From: an uncultured Verrucomicrobiae bacterium
GTDB taxonomy: Bacteria; Verrucomicrobiota; Verrucomicrobiia; Limisphaerales; Palsa-1400
Direction: 5' to 3'
Assembly (NCBI GenBank): GCA_963702845.1
Contig: OY969763.1
Location: 2,400,001-2,464,000, forward strand
DNA length: 64,000 bases
The notes under the pieces are model-generated. The model saw nothing but the letters and a program-made list of their open reading frames with translations. It was not told where the DNA came from and did no database searches. Made by a program: the position numbers and the translations under genes. Below, piece by piece: positions 46,465-55,785 of this stretch. Position 1 is the stretch's first letter, and each line of letters starts with the position of its first letter.

Positions 46465-46507
46465 GCCCTATATTTGATTAGTCGCAGCGGAAGGGAACAT
46501 TATTACA
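46465..46507 (-). promoter_or_regulatory. putative ECF sigma promoter, copy 2
   Basis: Minus strand TGTAATAA-N15-CGACTAATCAA-N4-AGGGC, identical in boxes and spacing to the copy upstream of the ECF gene. Confidence 0.8.
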
Positions 46508-46572
46508 CCGAGTGAAACTTTTTGACAGATCCCGGGCACGAACGAGAAATTTTAAGCTGCTATTCTCCATTT

Positions 46573-47376
46573 TTAATCTCCGCTCCATTGATATTCGAAC
46601 CCCGACGGTGGATCATACTGGCAGGCCATCGAGAAAATATAACCACCGTCCGGATCTGGGATCAGGTTCGTATTCCAGAACACTTTGAGGTAGCTGACAT
46701 GGCCGTCGACAAAACCGAAAATGTCTTTCGCGTTATTAAAAACTGCCAGGTCATGGCCGACCGGCAGAGGAGTTTTCGGTTGATGCCAGGAATATGGAAA
46801 AATGCCGGGACCTTCGAGGATCAATGCGGTCATAGCTGGTTTGCGGATGGAGGCAAGTGTTCGACCGCCGATACCGCGAAACGGGCCAAAGTCCCCGTTA
46901 GTGGAGGTATTTGTATACTGATTCAATCCGTTAAACACATAGCTGGAAAAGTCTGTCTCGGGTTGATCGTGGCGAGGTCGGGGAACGTATCCCCGTCCGA
47001 TTTCCAGGCGCATGTCGTAGCAAAACGTGTCAGCAGGACAAGCGAACAGTTTCTGACCCAACTGATTGGTGCCTTTGCCTCCAACGTAAGTTTGGATCAT
47101 TTCTTTGTAGCAATATGACAGCGGCAGGTTCGTATCATTCGCGTAAGCATTCGCCGCGCCGGTCCATGGCGACTTGTCTCTCGAGTCGTCAGCATACATG
47201 CGCAGCGCCGCGCTGAGTTGCTTGAGGTTGCCGGCACACGCAGTTCGCCTGGCGGCCTCCTTGGCCCTCGACAGAACTGGCAAAAGCAACGCAGCGAGAA
47301 CGGCGACGATCGCAATGACCACCAGCAATTCGATGAGCGTGAATGCCTTCGCTATCCTGGAAAAACTGTTGATCAC
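46573..47376 (-). CDS. prepilin-type N-terminal cleavage/methylation protein (DUF1559/H-X9-DG-like)
   Basis: [42 protein letters not shown]. Confidence 0.9.
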   Translation of the reverse strand: MINSFSRIAKAFTLIELLVVIAIVAVLAALLLPVLSRAKEAARRTACAGNLKQLSAALRMYADDSRDKSPWTGAANAYANDTNLPLSYCYKEMIQTYVGGKGTNQLGQKLFACPADTFCYDMRLEIGRGYVPRPRHDQPETDFSSYVFNGLNQYTNTSTNGDFGPFRGIGGRTLASIRKPAMTALILEGPGIFPYSWHQPKTPLPVGHDLAVFNNAKDIFGFVDGHVSYLKVFWNTNLIPDPDGGYIFSMACQYDPPSGFEYQWSGD

Positions 47377-48794
47377 TGGTGTTTGGGCGGAGTGATCTTC
47401 TTTGCCTTTTGGTTTTTTCCTTCATCGATAAAGAGCAATTGTGTTGTTTCGCCAGCCGCATTCGTCACGAAATGAATTTGTTCGTCCATCGCGGTATAAA
47501 AAAAATCTGTCTTCGACTCAGGAAAGATTTCGTAAGGGCATTCCATCTTCCCGCTTCGCTGGGCGACGAGATGATCACCGTTGCGCGTGATGGTCAGCCG
47601 TTCGGACCAACCCAGCTTGTATTCCCCAACATAGTGGTCGTAAATCGCTGGATCTATCGAAACGGCCTTCCGCTGCTGAGGTGCCGTAAATTTGTGCAGC
47701 GTACTGTAATCCGGATTCAGGATTCGGTCGCAGATGTCGTCCACATCGTTTGCTTCGTTCGCCAATACAATCACGCCGCATTTCTTCGACGCATCAAACT
47801 CAATGACCGTGCGAAAGCCGCCGCCCATGCCGCCATTTTGCTCGATAACATCATCCGACTCAGGTGCGACCAAGCGCCACCAACCGAGTCCAATCTTTAG
47901 CGCAAAAACCCCAAGAAACGAATGCACAGTTTTTCGTGCTGTCTGTGTCTGTGCCATCGACGCACAAAGCTGTTCCGGGCCATGCCCCATTTCTGCGGAA
48001 AGGAATTTGACCATGTCGTTCACGCTCGAATGAAGCCTGCAACCTTGCCATGTAAGAAAACCCCAATTCTTCGCGGGCGGACCAACAACGCTGTAACCAG
48101 TCGCCAGACGCGCTTTCATCTCGGCGGTAAGGACGACGCGCGTGTTCGTCATGCCCAGCGGTTCGCAGATGCGACTGATGACCAGCGCCTCATAATTAGT
48201 CCCCGCCCTCAGCGCCAAAATGTGACCAAGCAATCCCATCCCAAAATTTGAGAAATCAACTTCCCATCCTTTCACGTGGCTCAACTTGGCCTTCCCCAAC
48301 CCCTCATACATCTGTTCCACCGTGTAATCTGCCCACGGGTCATCTCCGTCTTTCGGCGCCATCTTGTCTGGGGTCGACGGCAGCCCCGACGTTTGCATGG
48401 CGAGGTCCAGCAGTGTTATTTCGCGATTGCCCTCCTTCGGCGTTTTCACCGAGGCGGGCAAATATTTGGAAATGGGATCGTCCAATTTCACTTCGCCGCG
48501 ATCCACCATGTCCTGGAGCAGCGCCGTGGTGAAAACTTTGGTGATCGACCTGATCTCAAACAGCGTATCGCCATCGATCAGGTTCGTTTTATCCCGCTCG
48601 CAGACGCCATGCACATAGACATTCGTCCCGCTCTCATCAATGATGCCAATCGCCATCCCCGGCGCGCGTTTCTGTTCGTCAACAACGTGAACCAGGAGCT
48701 TTTTAATTTCCTCCGGCTTCCTTCCAGCCGCAGAGGACGAGATAACACTCGCTGCCAACAAAATCGGCAGTGTTCGTAAAAATCGGTTTCGCAT
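47373..48794 (-). CDS. serine hydrolase, beta-lactamase fold with DUF3471-like C-terminus
   Basis: [13 protein letters not shown] (SxxK); [36 protein letters not shown]. Confidence 0.87.
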   Translation of the reverse strand: MRNRFLRTLPILLAASVISSSAAGRKPEEIKKLLVHVVDEQKRAPGMAIGIIDESGTNVYVHGVCERDKTNLIDGDTLFEIRSITKVFTTALLQDMVDRGEVKLDDPISKYLPASVKTPKEGNREITLLDLAMQTSGLPSTPDKMAPKDGDDPWADYTVEQMYEGLGKAKLSHVKGWEVDFSNFGMGLLGHILALRAGTNYEALVISRICEPLGMTNTRVVLTAEMKARLATGYSVVGPPAKNWGFLTWQGCRLHSSVNDMVKFLSAEMGHGPEQLCASMAQTQTARKTVHSFLGVFALKIGLGWWRLVAPESDDVIEQNGGMGGGFRTVIEFDASKKCGVIVLANEANDVDDICDRILNPDYSTLHKFTAPQQRKAVSIDPAIYDHYVGEYKLGWSERLTITRNGDHLVAQRSGKMECPYEIFPESKTDFFYTAMDEQIHFVTNAAGETTQLLFIDEGKNQKAKKITPPKHQ

Positions 48795-48861
48795 GGGTAT
48801 GGGTTATGTCTCTTGTGCAACTACGCAAAATACGGCGATTTTGATGGGCAAGATTTCCCGC

Positions 48862-50577
48862 TCAGTCGGCTTCGCGCAGTAACAAATCGTTTCGTTTCGC
48901 TTCGACGTTTTCCAATTCCTTGCTGCCGCGCAGGACGTGGCGGAAGGCGATGGGGAAAGTTTCGCAGTCGTAATTGAAATCAGGCGTAGACTGGACCTGG
49001 ATGTGGACGTGCGGACCGCTGGTATTGCCGGAGTTGCCGCATTGGGCGATGGGATCCCCTGCTTTTACTTCGTCGCCGACTTTGACTGTCGGGCTGTTCT
49101 GTTTCAGGTGGGCGAGCAGGACGTATCGGTCTTTTGCGACTTCGATGCTGATATAGTTTCCGGCGACATTTCCTATATCGGTCTGTCCTACTTTGTTATC
49201 GCGATGGTTACGCTCAACGTGGGCGACGCGGCCCGAGCATGGGCTGTAGATGGTTTGCCCGAAGCCAGCGTCATCTTTCATGATCTTCCAATCGCGAACT
49301 TGCTGCACGTTTTCGGCAACTTTGAAGATGTCGAGAGCGTAGCGTTGCGATTCCAATGGGTAGTGATTGTTGATGATCGGGTCGTTTCCACCGTGAATAA
49401 CACACATCACGCCCTTCATCGGTGAATCGAGCGCAATTTTTTCGCCCGGAGCGGGTGTGGCGATCTGAATGAAATGCCAAACCATGAACGCCGTGCCGAT
49501 GGAATAAAGCGCTGTGAACGGAATGGAGATGCGACGCGCGGGCATGAACGCGAGAACCAGTTGCAATGCGGCCATGCTCCCGGTGAAGATTTTCATGAAC
49601 GCTGCGGGATGATCGGGGAATTGGCACGGAGCAATAGCAATGCTCAGCAAATATCCGCAGCTTGCGAAGAAAGCCATGCACGGTAGAGACGTGATCCAGT
49701 AGCGCAAAGATTCACGACCAAACGGCTTCGTCAGCAATCCGAAATAGATTTTTCCCAACACTGCACGCGCTACGAAGATCGCCGGCATGACAAACGATGC
49801 GAGAAGCAATAGAACGTAGACGACGTTCATAAACATGCCCAGGGCGTAGGCACCGTAGCCAAGACCGAGCAAAAGGAGCGCAAGCAGCGTTTCTCCGGTG
49901 TTAAGCAATATTGTTTTTGTTCGTGTCGTCGTGGCGGCCTGTTGAGCAGAAATGATGGTTTGGGTTTCCATAAATTGTTGGTTAAGCGGTTCGCCGGTTT
50001 CGGCGGAATGGAGTAGGGCTTCCAATTGTGCTTCCGCAGGCAGCAATTGTTTCCTTCGCCCCCATTGATTCAGCCAGTAGACAAACACGTAAATGATGAC
50101 GATCACCACAGTGAATGTGATCTTGAAATCTTTCTCGGAGCCTTGATCTCCCCAGACCGAGAGCATTAGACCGGTGCCGATCGGAAGCAAATACCACCAT
50201 AGAACGGAGCGCAATAACCGTGATTGGGTACGGACGGAGTGCAACTCGGCATGCAAGGCTTCAACAGTTGTAGCATCGGGTTTCGCAGGCGGAGTGGTTC
50301 GGCGTGCGTGAATAAATTTCCAACCGATGAATATTGCACTGCCCATCACGACCAGATCGCCAAGGCGCGAAATGAAGGACTCAGTCTTGTCGAAGAAAAC
50401 CCCGAAGAAGACCAGGATAAACGCGCAACCGACCAACTCACGCGCGTCGCGCACGAGCAATTTTCGGCGTAGGTCGCTCATTTTATTGCGCATCGCTGAG
50501 ACGAGTTGCGGCGCGGAAACAGCGGGGGCGGCGACCGGTTGCTGTTGCCACAAATCTTTTAACTCCTGATCATTCAT
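48862..50577 (-). CDS. putative anti-sigma membrane protein fused to a membrane M23 peptidase
   Basis: MNDQELKDLWQQQ start overlapping the ECF stop; four TM helices; then a complete paralogue of 43874-44986 with CGNSGNTSGPHVHIQ. Confidence 0.82.
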   Translation of the reverse strand: MNDQELKDLWQQQPVAAPAVSAPQLVSAMRNKMSDLRRKLLVRDARELVGCAFILVFFGVFFDKTESFISRLGDLVVMGSAIFIGWKFIHARRTTPPAKPDATTVEALHAELHSVRTQSRLLRSVLWWYLLPIGTGLMLSVWGDQGSEKDFKITFTVVIVIIYVFVYWLNQWGRRKQLLPAEAQLEALLHSAETGEPLNQQFMETQTIISAQQAATTTRTKTILLNTGETLLALLLLGLGYGAYALGMFMNVVYVLLLLASFVMPAIFVARAVLGKIYFGLLTKPFGRESLRYWITSLPCMAFFASCGYLLSIAIAPCQFPDHPAAFMKIFTGSMAALQLVLAFMPARRISIPFTALYSIGTAFMVWHFIQIATPAPGEKIALDSPMKGVMCVIHGGNDPIINNHYPLESQRYALDIFKVAENVQQVRDWKIMKDDAGFGQTIYSPCSGRVAHVERNHRDNKVGQTDIGNVAGNYISIEVAKDRYVLLAHLKQNSPTVKVGDEVKAGDPIAQCGNSGNTSGPHVHIQVQSTPDFNYDCETFPIAFRHVLRGSKELENVEAKRNDLLLREAD

Positions 50578-51091
50578 GGACGGCCTCCTTCATCAGGCAG
50601 GAAAGTTTCGTTTTTGCGCGATGCAAAATGACGCCGACATTGCTCGTGGTGATGCCCATCACCTCTGCCATTTGGTCATAGCTGAAATCTTCGAGGAACA
50701 ATGTGATCAATGCTTTTTCGAGTTCGTTCAGTTTGGCGATGGCAGCATAGAGATTGGCGAGTCGGTCATTGGTCGGTTCAGCGGTTTGGCGCGATTCGAT
50801 AGTGCGGGCGAGTTCGGCGTGTTCAACGTGCACGACCTTGTCAGCGCGCGAGGCGCGTTTGCGAACAAAGGTGATAGAGGTGTTGATGGCCACGCGATAA
50901 AGCCAGGTATTGGCGAATTGTTTCTCTTTTAGGGCCGGCAAACCGCGCCAGATTTGGAACAGGATTTCCTGATATAAATCGTCCTGGTCGGCGGAGTTCC
51001 ACGCGTAAACACGGCAGACCTTGAGAATCCGGTTTCGGTTCTCGTTCACCAGTTCCAGGAACTGTTGGTCGTCAGGCTGCGTTCGTTTCAA
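50570..51091 (-). CDS. ECF sigma-70 factor
   Basis: DDLYQEILFQIW; TWLYRVAINT (region 2); FSYDQMAEVMGIT.SNVGV.LHRAK.KL (region 4). Confidence 0.94.
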   Translation of the reverse strand: MKRTQPDDQQFLELVNENRNRILKVCRVYAWNSADQDDLYQEILFQIWRGLPALKEKQFANTWLYRVAINTSITFVRKRASRADKVVHVEHAELARTIESRQTAEPTNDRLANLYAAIAKLNELEKALITLFLEDFSYDQMAEVMGITTSNVGVILHRAKTKLSCLMKEAVHE

Positions 51092-51095
51092 TTCG

Positions 51096-51138
51096 GCCCT
51101 TTAATTGATTAGTCGATGGCTACGTTCCATTTATTACA
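51096..51138 (-). promoter_or_regulatory. putative autoregulatory ECF promoter, copy 1
   Basis: Minus strand TGTAATAA-N15-CGACTAATCAA-N4-AGGGC directly before the sigma start codon. Confidence 0.8.
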
Positions 51139-51274
51139 AGAAAAACGATAATCTTCGAGCACTGGTGCGTTGGCCCGTTGAATCCGGGTGCGCATATTTT
51201 AAAAGTTAGAATTACGCAGACTGACACGTGTCACTCTTTACCTGCCCAGCACTCTCCCCTATTCTGAGGATGTC

Positions 51275-54100
51275 ATGCCGACATTGCTTGAGAAGATTGA
51301 AGCCAGCGCCGCCGAACGTCTCGTTCTGCCGGCTAACCGCATGCCTTCTCAGGAATTGGCGCGTTACAAAACCTTTCTCAAGGTCGAAACGCATCGAGTC
51401 AAAATGCTTCATCGTGCCGGTGCCAGTGGCCTTGAAGTGTGTCATGCTCGGTCCGCGATTTTGGATTTATTGTTGCGACACATTGTTGAAGGCGTTTTGG
51501 CTAATTCTCCAGAGCTGGCACAGAAGCCATTAAATTTTACGGGATCAACGGCCGACCAGGCAAAACAACGGGCCCGCTCTCCAGTGCCGACTTTTACTTT
51601 GGTTGCCACCGGCGGATATGGTCGGGCCGAACTCAATCCGTGCAGCGACATCGACATCATGTTCCTGCACGACTCTGAATTGGCGCTGCACCCGAAAGCG
51701 AACCCGGCGCTTTCTGCGCTCGTGGATGGATTGCTTTATACGCTGTGGGACCTGGGCTTCAAGGTCGGGCATTCGGTGCGCACGGTGGAAGATTGTGTCA
51801 AGGTCGCCAGCAAAGACATCCAATCGAAAACGAGTTTGCTCGAAACGCGCCGCATCATGGGCGACGAAAAGTTGTTCGATCGATTTCATCGCACGCTTTT
51901 GGCGAAGTGCGTTTTGGGGCAGGAATCTGAATACATCAACGCACGCGTGCAGGATCAAGCCGCGCGACGCGCCAAGTTCGGCAATTCACCGTTCATGCAG
52001 GAGCCGAATATCAAGAACGGCTGCGGCGGACTTCGCGATTACCAGAACCTGATCTGGATGACGTATTTTAAATACCGAACCAGCTCGCTTGAGGAGTTGC
52101 AGCAGAAGGAGATGATCAGCGAGTCGGAGCGCAAGCAACTCGAGGCCGCTTATGATTTCCTTCTGCGCGCGCGAACCGAGTTACATTATCACTCCGATCG
52201 CGCGGCGGATGCGTTGAACAAAGCGGCCCAGGCGCCGGTTGCATATGAACTTGGCTACAAAGAGCGGTCCCCGAGCAAGCGCGTGGAGGAGTTCATGCGC
52301 GATTATTACACGCATGCGCGCAATATCGATTTGATCACGCGCACGGTGGAGCAACGCCTGGCGTTCCTGCCGAAAACCGGTTTCATCCCATCTTTCGGGG
52401 CAATCTTCCGCTCGCAAGCTGAGCGTATGCGCCGGCATGTGGTCGATGGATTTAAGTGTGTCGATGGTGAAATTCATTTTCTCTCTCGCAACATCTTTCG
52501 CGATAACCCGCGTCGCATGATGCGAGTCTTTCTGCACGCGCAACAACGCGGGTTGAAGCTAAATGCGGACCTCGCGCAATTAATCCGCAGTCAGCTCTCA
52601 CTCGTGAACAACGAGTTCTTACGCGATCCGCATGTGCGCGAAACGTTTCTGGAAATCCTGGACCAACGCGGCAACGTTGCGCCTATTTTACGGGCGATGC
52701 ATGAAGTCGGAGTGCTTGGAAAATTCATTCCTGAATTCGGCAAGCTGACGTGTTTGGTCCAACACGAGTTTTATCATCAATACACCGCCGACGAACATAC
52801 TTTGGTGTGTCTGGAAAAACTGGACCAGGTTTGGAATGCGAAGACGCCGCCGTTCAGTTCCTATGCGGAACTTTTTCCGCAAGTTGAGCATCCGCACGTG
52901 TTGTATCTCGCGCTCTTGTTGCACGATTCCGGCAAAGCCCTCGACACCGGCAAGCACGAAGACGCCAGCGCTAAGCTGGCCGAAAAAGCCGCCGCGCGGC
53001 TCGGGCTTGACGGAGCAAAGACCCACATCTTGCGTCTGTTGATCGAGAGCCATTTAATCATGGTGCAAATTTCGCAGCGCCGCGATCTCGATGATCCAAC
53101 TGTCATCCGAAATTTTGCGCGGCAAATTCAATCGGTCGAAAATCTCGTCATGCTGACGTTGCACACTTTTGCTGATTCGATGGGCACGAGCGACCAGCTT
53201 TGGAATGGGTTCAAGGACGCAGCGATGTGGCAACTCTATCGCAAGACGCGCGATGCGCTGAGCGGCGCACCGGAATTTTTGATCGCTGAGGCGCGTCAAC
53301 GCGATCTGCTCTCGGAAGAAGTCGAGCGAATGGCCCCTGACACGTTCGACACGGACGAAATTGCGGCGCACTTCGATAACCTGCCGACGCGCTATTTCCA
53401 GATTAATGACGCGAAAGAAATTTTGCGCGACATCACGCATGTTCACCGCTTTTTGCACGTGCAAATGGCCGACGATGAATCGAACGCGTTAGCGCCTGTC
53501 ATCGCCTGGCACAATGAGCCGGATCGCGGTTATAGCACTGTTACTGTGACTAGTTGGGACCGCGAAGGTCTGTTCAGCAAGATTACCGGGTGTCTCACAG
53601 CCGCTGGGTTGAATATTTTCCACGCGGAAATTTTGACGCGGAACGACGGCATCATTCTCGATTCGTTCAGCGTCAACGACGCGCGGACCGGGTTGCTCCC
53701 GAATAAAGACGGCCGCGATAAGTTTGAGTCGATCATGCACAAAGTCCTGGTCGGCACCCACGTCGATTTACCGGGCGTTATTTCGAAAACGAAAGCGGCG
53801 CCACCAACCTACAAATCGTTAGAAGGCGAACGGATTCCCACTTCAGTCACTTTCGACAATGAACTTTCGGAAACGCGCACGATTATTGATATCGAGGCTG
53901 AAGATCGCATCGGATTGCTTTACGATATTTCGCGCGCCTTGAACGATTTGAATCTCGACGTTTCGATTGCAAAAATTTTGACCGAAAAAGGCGCCGCCTC
54001 CGACACGTTCTACGTGACGGAATGGGATAAGACGAAGATCACGCAGGCTGACCGGCTGCGGCATGTCGAACACCGGTTGCGCTCGGCCATCGGGCGATAA
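51275..54100 (+). CDS. glnD: [protein-PII] uridylyltransferase/uridylyl-removing enzyme
   Basis: ATGGYGRAELNPCSDIDI; EPNIKNGCGGLRD; HQYTADEH; LLHDSGK; two ACT domains. Confidence 0.96.
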   Translation: MPTLLEKIEASAAERLVLPANRMPSQELARYKTFLKVETHRVKMLHRAGASGLEVCHARSAILDLLLRHIVEGVLANSPELAQKPLNFTGSTADQAKQRARSPVPTFTLVATGGYGRAELNPCSDIDIMFLHDSELALHPKANPALSALVDGLLYTLWDLGFKVGHSVRTVEDCVKVASKDIQSKTSLLETRRIMGDEKLFDRFHRTLLAKCVLGQESEYINARVQDQAARRAKFGNSPFMQEPNIKNGCGGLRDYQNLIWMTYFKYRTSSLEELQQKEMISESERKQLEAAYDFLLRARTELHYHSDRAADALNKAAQAPVAYELGYKERSPSKRVEEFMRDYYTHARNIDLITRTVEQRLAFLPKTGFIPSFGAIFRSQAERMRRHVVDGFKCVDGEIHFLSRNIFRDNPRRMMRVFLHAQQRGLKLNADLAQLIRSQLSLVNNEFLRDPHVRETFLEILDQRGNVAPILRAMHEVGVLGKFIPEFGKLTCLVQHEFYHQYTADEHTLVCLEKLDQVWNAKTPPFSSYAELFPQVEHPHVLYLALLLHDSGKALDTGKHEDASAKLAEKAAARLGLDGAKTHILRLLIESHLIMVQISQRRDLDDPTVIRNFARQIQSVENLVMLTLHTFADSMGTSDQLWNGFKDAAMWQLYRKTRDALSGAPEFLIAEARQRDLLSEEVERMAPDTFDTDEIAAHFDNLPTRYFQINDAKEILRDITHVHRFLHVQMADDESNALAPVIAWHNEPDRGYSTVTVTSWDREGLFSKITGCLTAAGLNIFHAEILTRNDGIILDSFSVNDARTGLLPNKDGRDKFESIMHKVLVGTHVDLPGVISKTKAAPPTYKSLEGERIPTSVTFDNELSETRTIIDIEAEDRIGLLYDISRALNDLNLDVSIAKILTEKGAASDTFYVTEWDKTKITQADRLRHVEHRLRSAIGR

Positions 54101-54241
54101 GCGACACTGCCGCGCTCTACTCACGTCGGTATGGTCACTAGGTTAGTGACCACCCTGCCCTGATTGTCGGGTTGGGGTGTTGTGCCCATTTCAAATCAGA
54201 ATGGGCGACGTAATATTCCAGTGCATTTGCAAAGGAGTATT

Positions 54242-55741
54242 ATGACACGTATCACAGCTTGCGGGCTCGCGCTCGCATTGGGATTTTTCGCGGTGCCCGC
54301 GCGCGCCGAGCAACCAAACGCCGCGCAGGGTAACAACCCAACAGGCCACATCGACGCGCAGGCTGTCGCACCTGCGGAACAATTGGGCAAAGCATTCGCG
54401 GAAGTTGCAGCGCATGTTCAGCCTGCCGTCGTGAGCGTTTACTCGGAAAAAATGGTTAAACATCCCGACACTTCGGCGGACGATCTTTTGCGTCGATTTT
54501 TCGGCGACCAGATGCCTCCCGGTCACGGTCGCGGAAGTCGCAATCATCCCAGCACAGTTCCACAACAAGGAATGGGTTCGGGAATAGTCATCGATAAGAA
54601 AGGTCACATCCTGACGAATTATCACGTCGTGGGTGACGTGGATGAAATCAAAGTGCAGCTTGGCGACAGACGCCGGTTCGAAGCGGAGATTGTAGGTTCA
54701 GATCCAGCCAGCGACGTCGCTGTGATTCGCATCAAAGGGAATGTTCCTTCAGATATGCCGGTGGCTGAACTTGGCGACTCAGACGCTTTGCAGGTGGGAA
54801 ATATCGTCATGGCCATCGGATCGCCATTTGGTTTCATTCAAACTGTGACGACTGGAGTATTGAGCGCGAAGGGACGCGCCGGCATCGGCATTAATACTTA
54901 CGAAGACTTCCTGCAAACTGATGCTGCCATTAATCCCGGCAATTCCGGCGGCCCGCTGGTAAACATGCGTGGGCAAGTTATCGGCATCAACAGTGTAATC
55001 GCAACGAGCATCGGGCAGTTCGCGGGCGTCGGATTGGCAATTCCGATCAACATGGTGAAAGCAGTCCTGCCGACACTCACCAGCGGCGGCAAGATTGTGC
55101 GTGGCTTCCTTGGAATTGGAATTCAGGAACTGACCAGTGATCTCGCGCAGCAATTTGGCGCCAACACGCTCAATGGCGCGCTAGTCAGCGACGTGAGCAA
55201 AGGGGGTCCAGCCGACCAGGCCGGTTTGAAACCTGGTGATATCATTTTGCGGATTGATGGAAAGCCGCTCCAGGACACCGCTCATTTGAAAAATATGGTG
55301 GCGGCGACGAAACCCGGCACACCAGTTAAGATGGAAATATTGCGCGATGGTAAAGAGCAGACTCTTACTGCCACCGTAGCGAAACTGGCGCCTGAGCCTG
55401 ACGTCGCGTCAGTGGAGTCGGAAGAGGCGGGCAGTAATAAGGAAAAGCCATCGGGTAAGCTGGGCGTTTCCGTTCAACAACTCACTCCCGGGCTGGCGCA
55501 GCAATTGGGATATGAAGGCGATAAGGGTGTTGTCGTCACTGACGTCCAGGAAGGCGGCCCTGCAGCTATGGCGGGCCTCAAAGAGGGCGATTTGATCGTG
55601 GAGGCCGACCATCAAGCAATTTCGAGCCCCGCCGATCTGCGTCGTACCATGGATAACTCGAAAAGTCAGAACAGCATGTTGCTGCGGGTGAAACGCGACA
55701 AACAGACGGTTTACATTCTTGTTCCAGCCCGACCGCAGTAG
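54242..55741 (+). CDS. HtrA/DegP/DegQ serine protease with two PDZ domains
   Basis: Signal peptide; TNYHVV; SDVAV; TDAAINPGNSGGPL; two PDZ domains. Confidence 0.95.
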   Translation: MTRITACGLALALGFFAVPARAEQPNAAQGNNPTGHIDAQAVAPAEQLGKAFAEVAAHVQPAVVSVYSEKMVKHPDTSADDLLRRFFGDQMPPGHGRGSRNHPSTVPQQGMGSGIVIDKKGHILTNYHVVGDVDEIKVQLGDRRRFEAEIVGSDPASDVAVIRIKGNVPSDMPVAELGDSDALQVGNIVMAIGSPFGFIQTVTTGVLSAKGRAGIGINTYEDFLQTDAAINPGNSGGPLVNMRGQVIGINSVIATSIGQFAGVGLAIPINMVKAVLPTLTSGGKIVRGFLGIGIQELTSDLAQQFGANTLNGALVSDVSKGGPADQAGLKPGDIILRIDGKPLQDTAHLKNMVAATKPGTPVKMEILRDGKEQTLTATVAKLAPEPDVASVESEEAGSNKEKPSGKLGVSVQQLTPGLAQQLGYEGDKGVVVTDVQEGGPAAMAGLKEGDLIVEADHQAISSPADLRRTMDNSKSQNSMLLRVKRDKQTVYILVPARPQ

Positions 55742-55785
55742 GTTTTGTTTGAGACTCGCACCAGCGTCTCTTACATTCTCTGGCA

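Noticed and set aside
43874..49979. Diversity-generating retroelement template/variable repeat pair
   Set aside because: Divergence is spread over the whole gene and is not adenine-specific; no reverse transcriptase present
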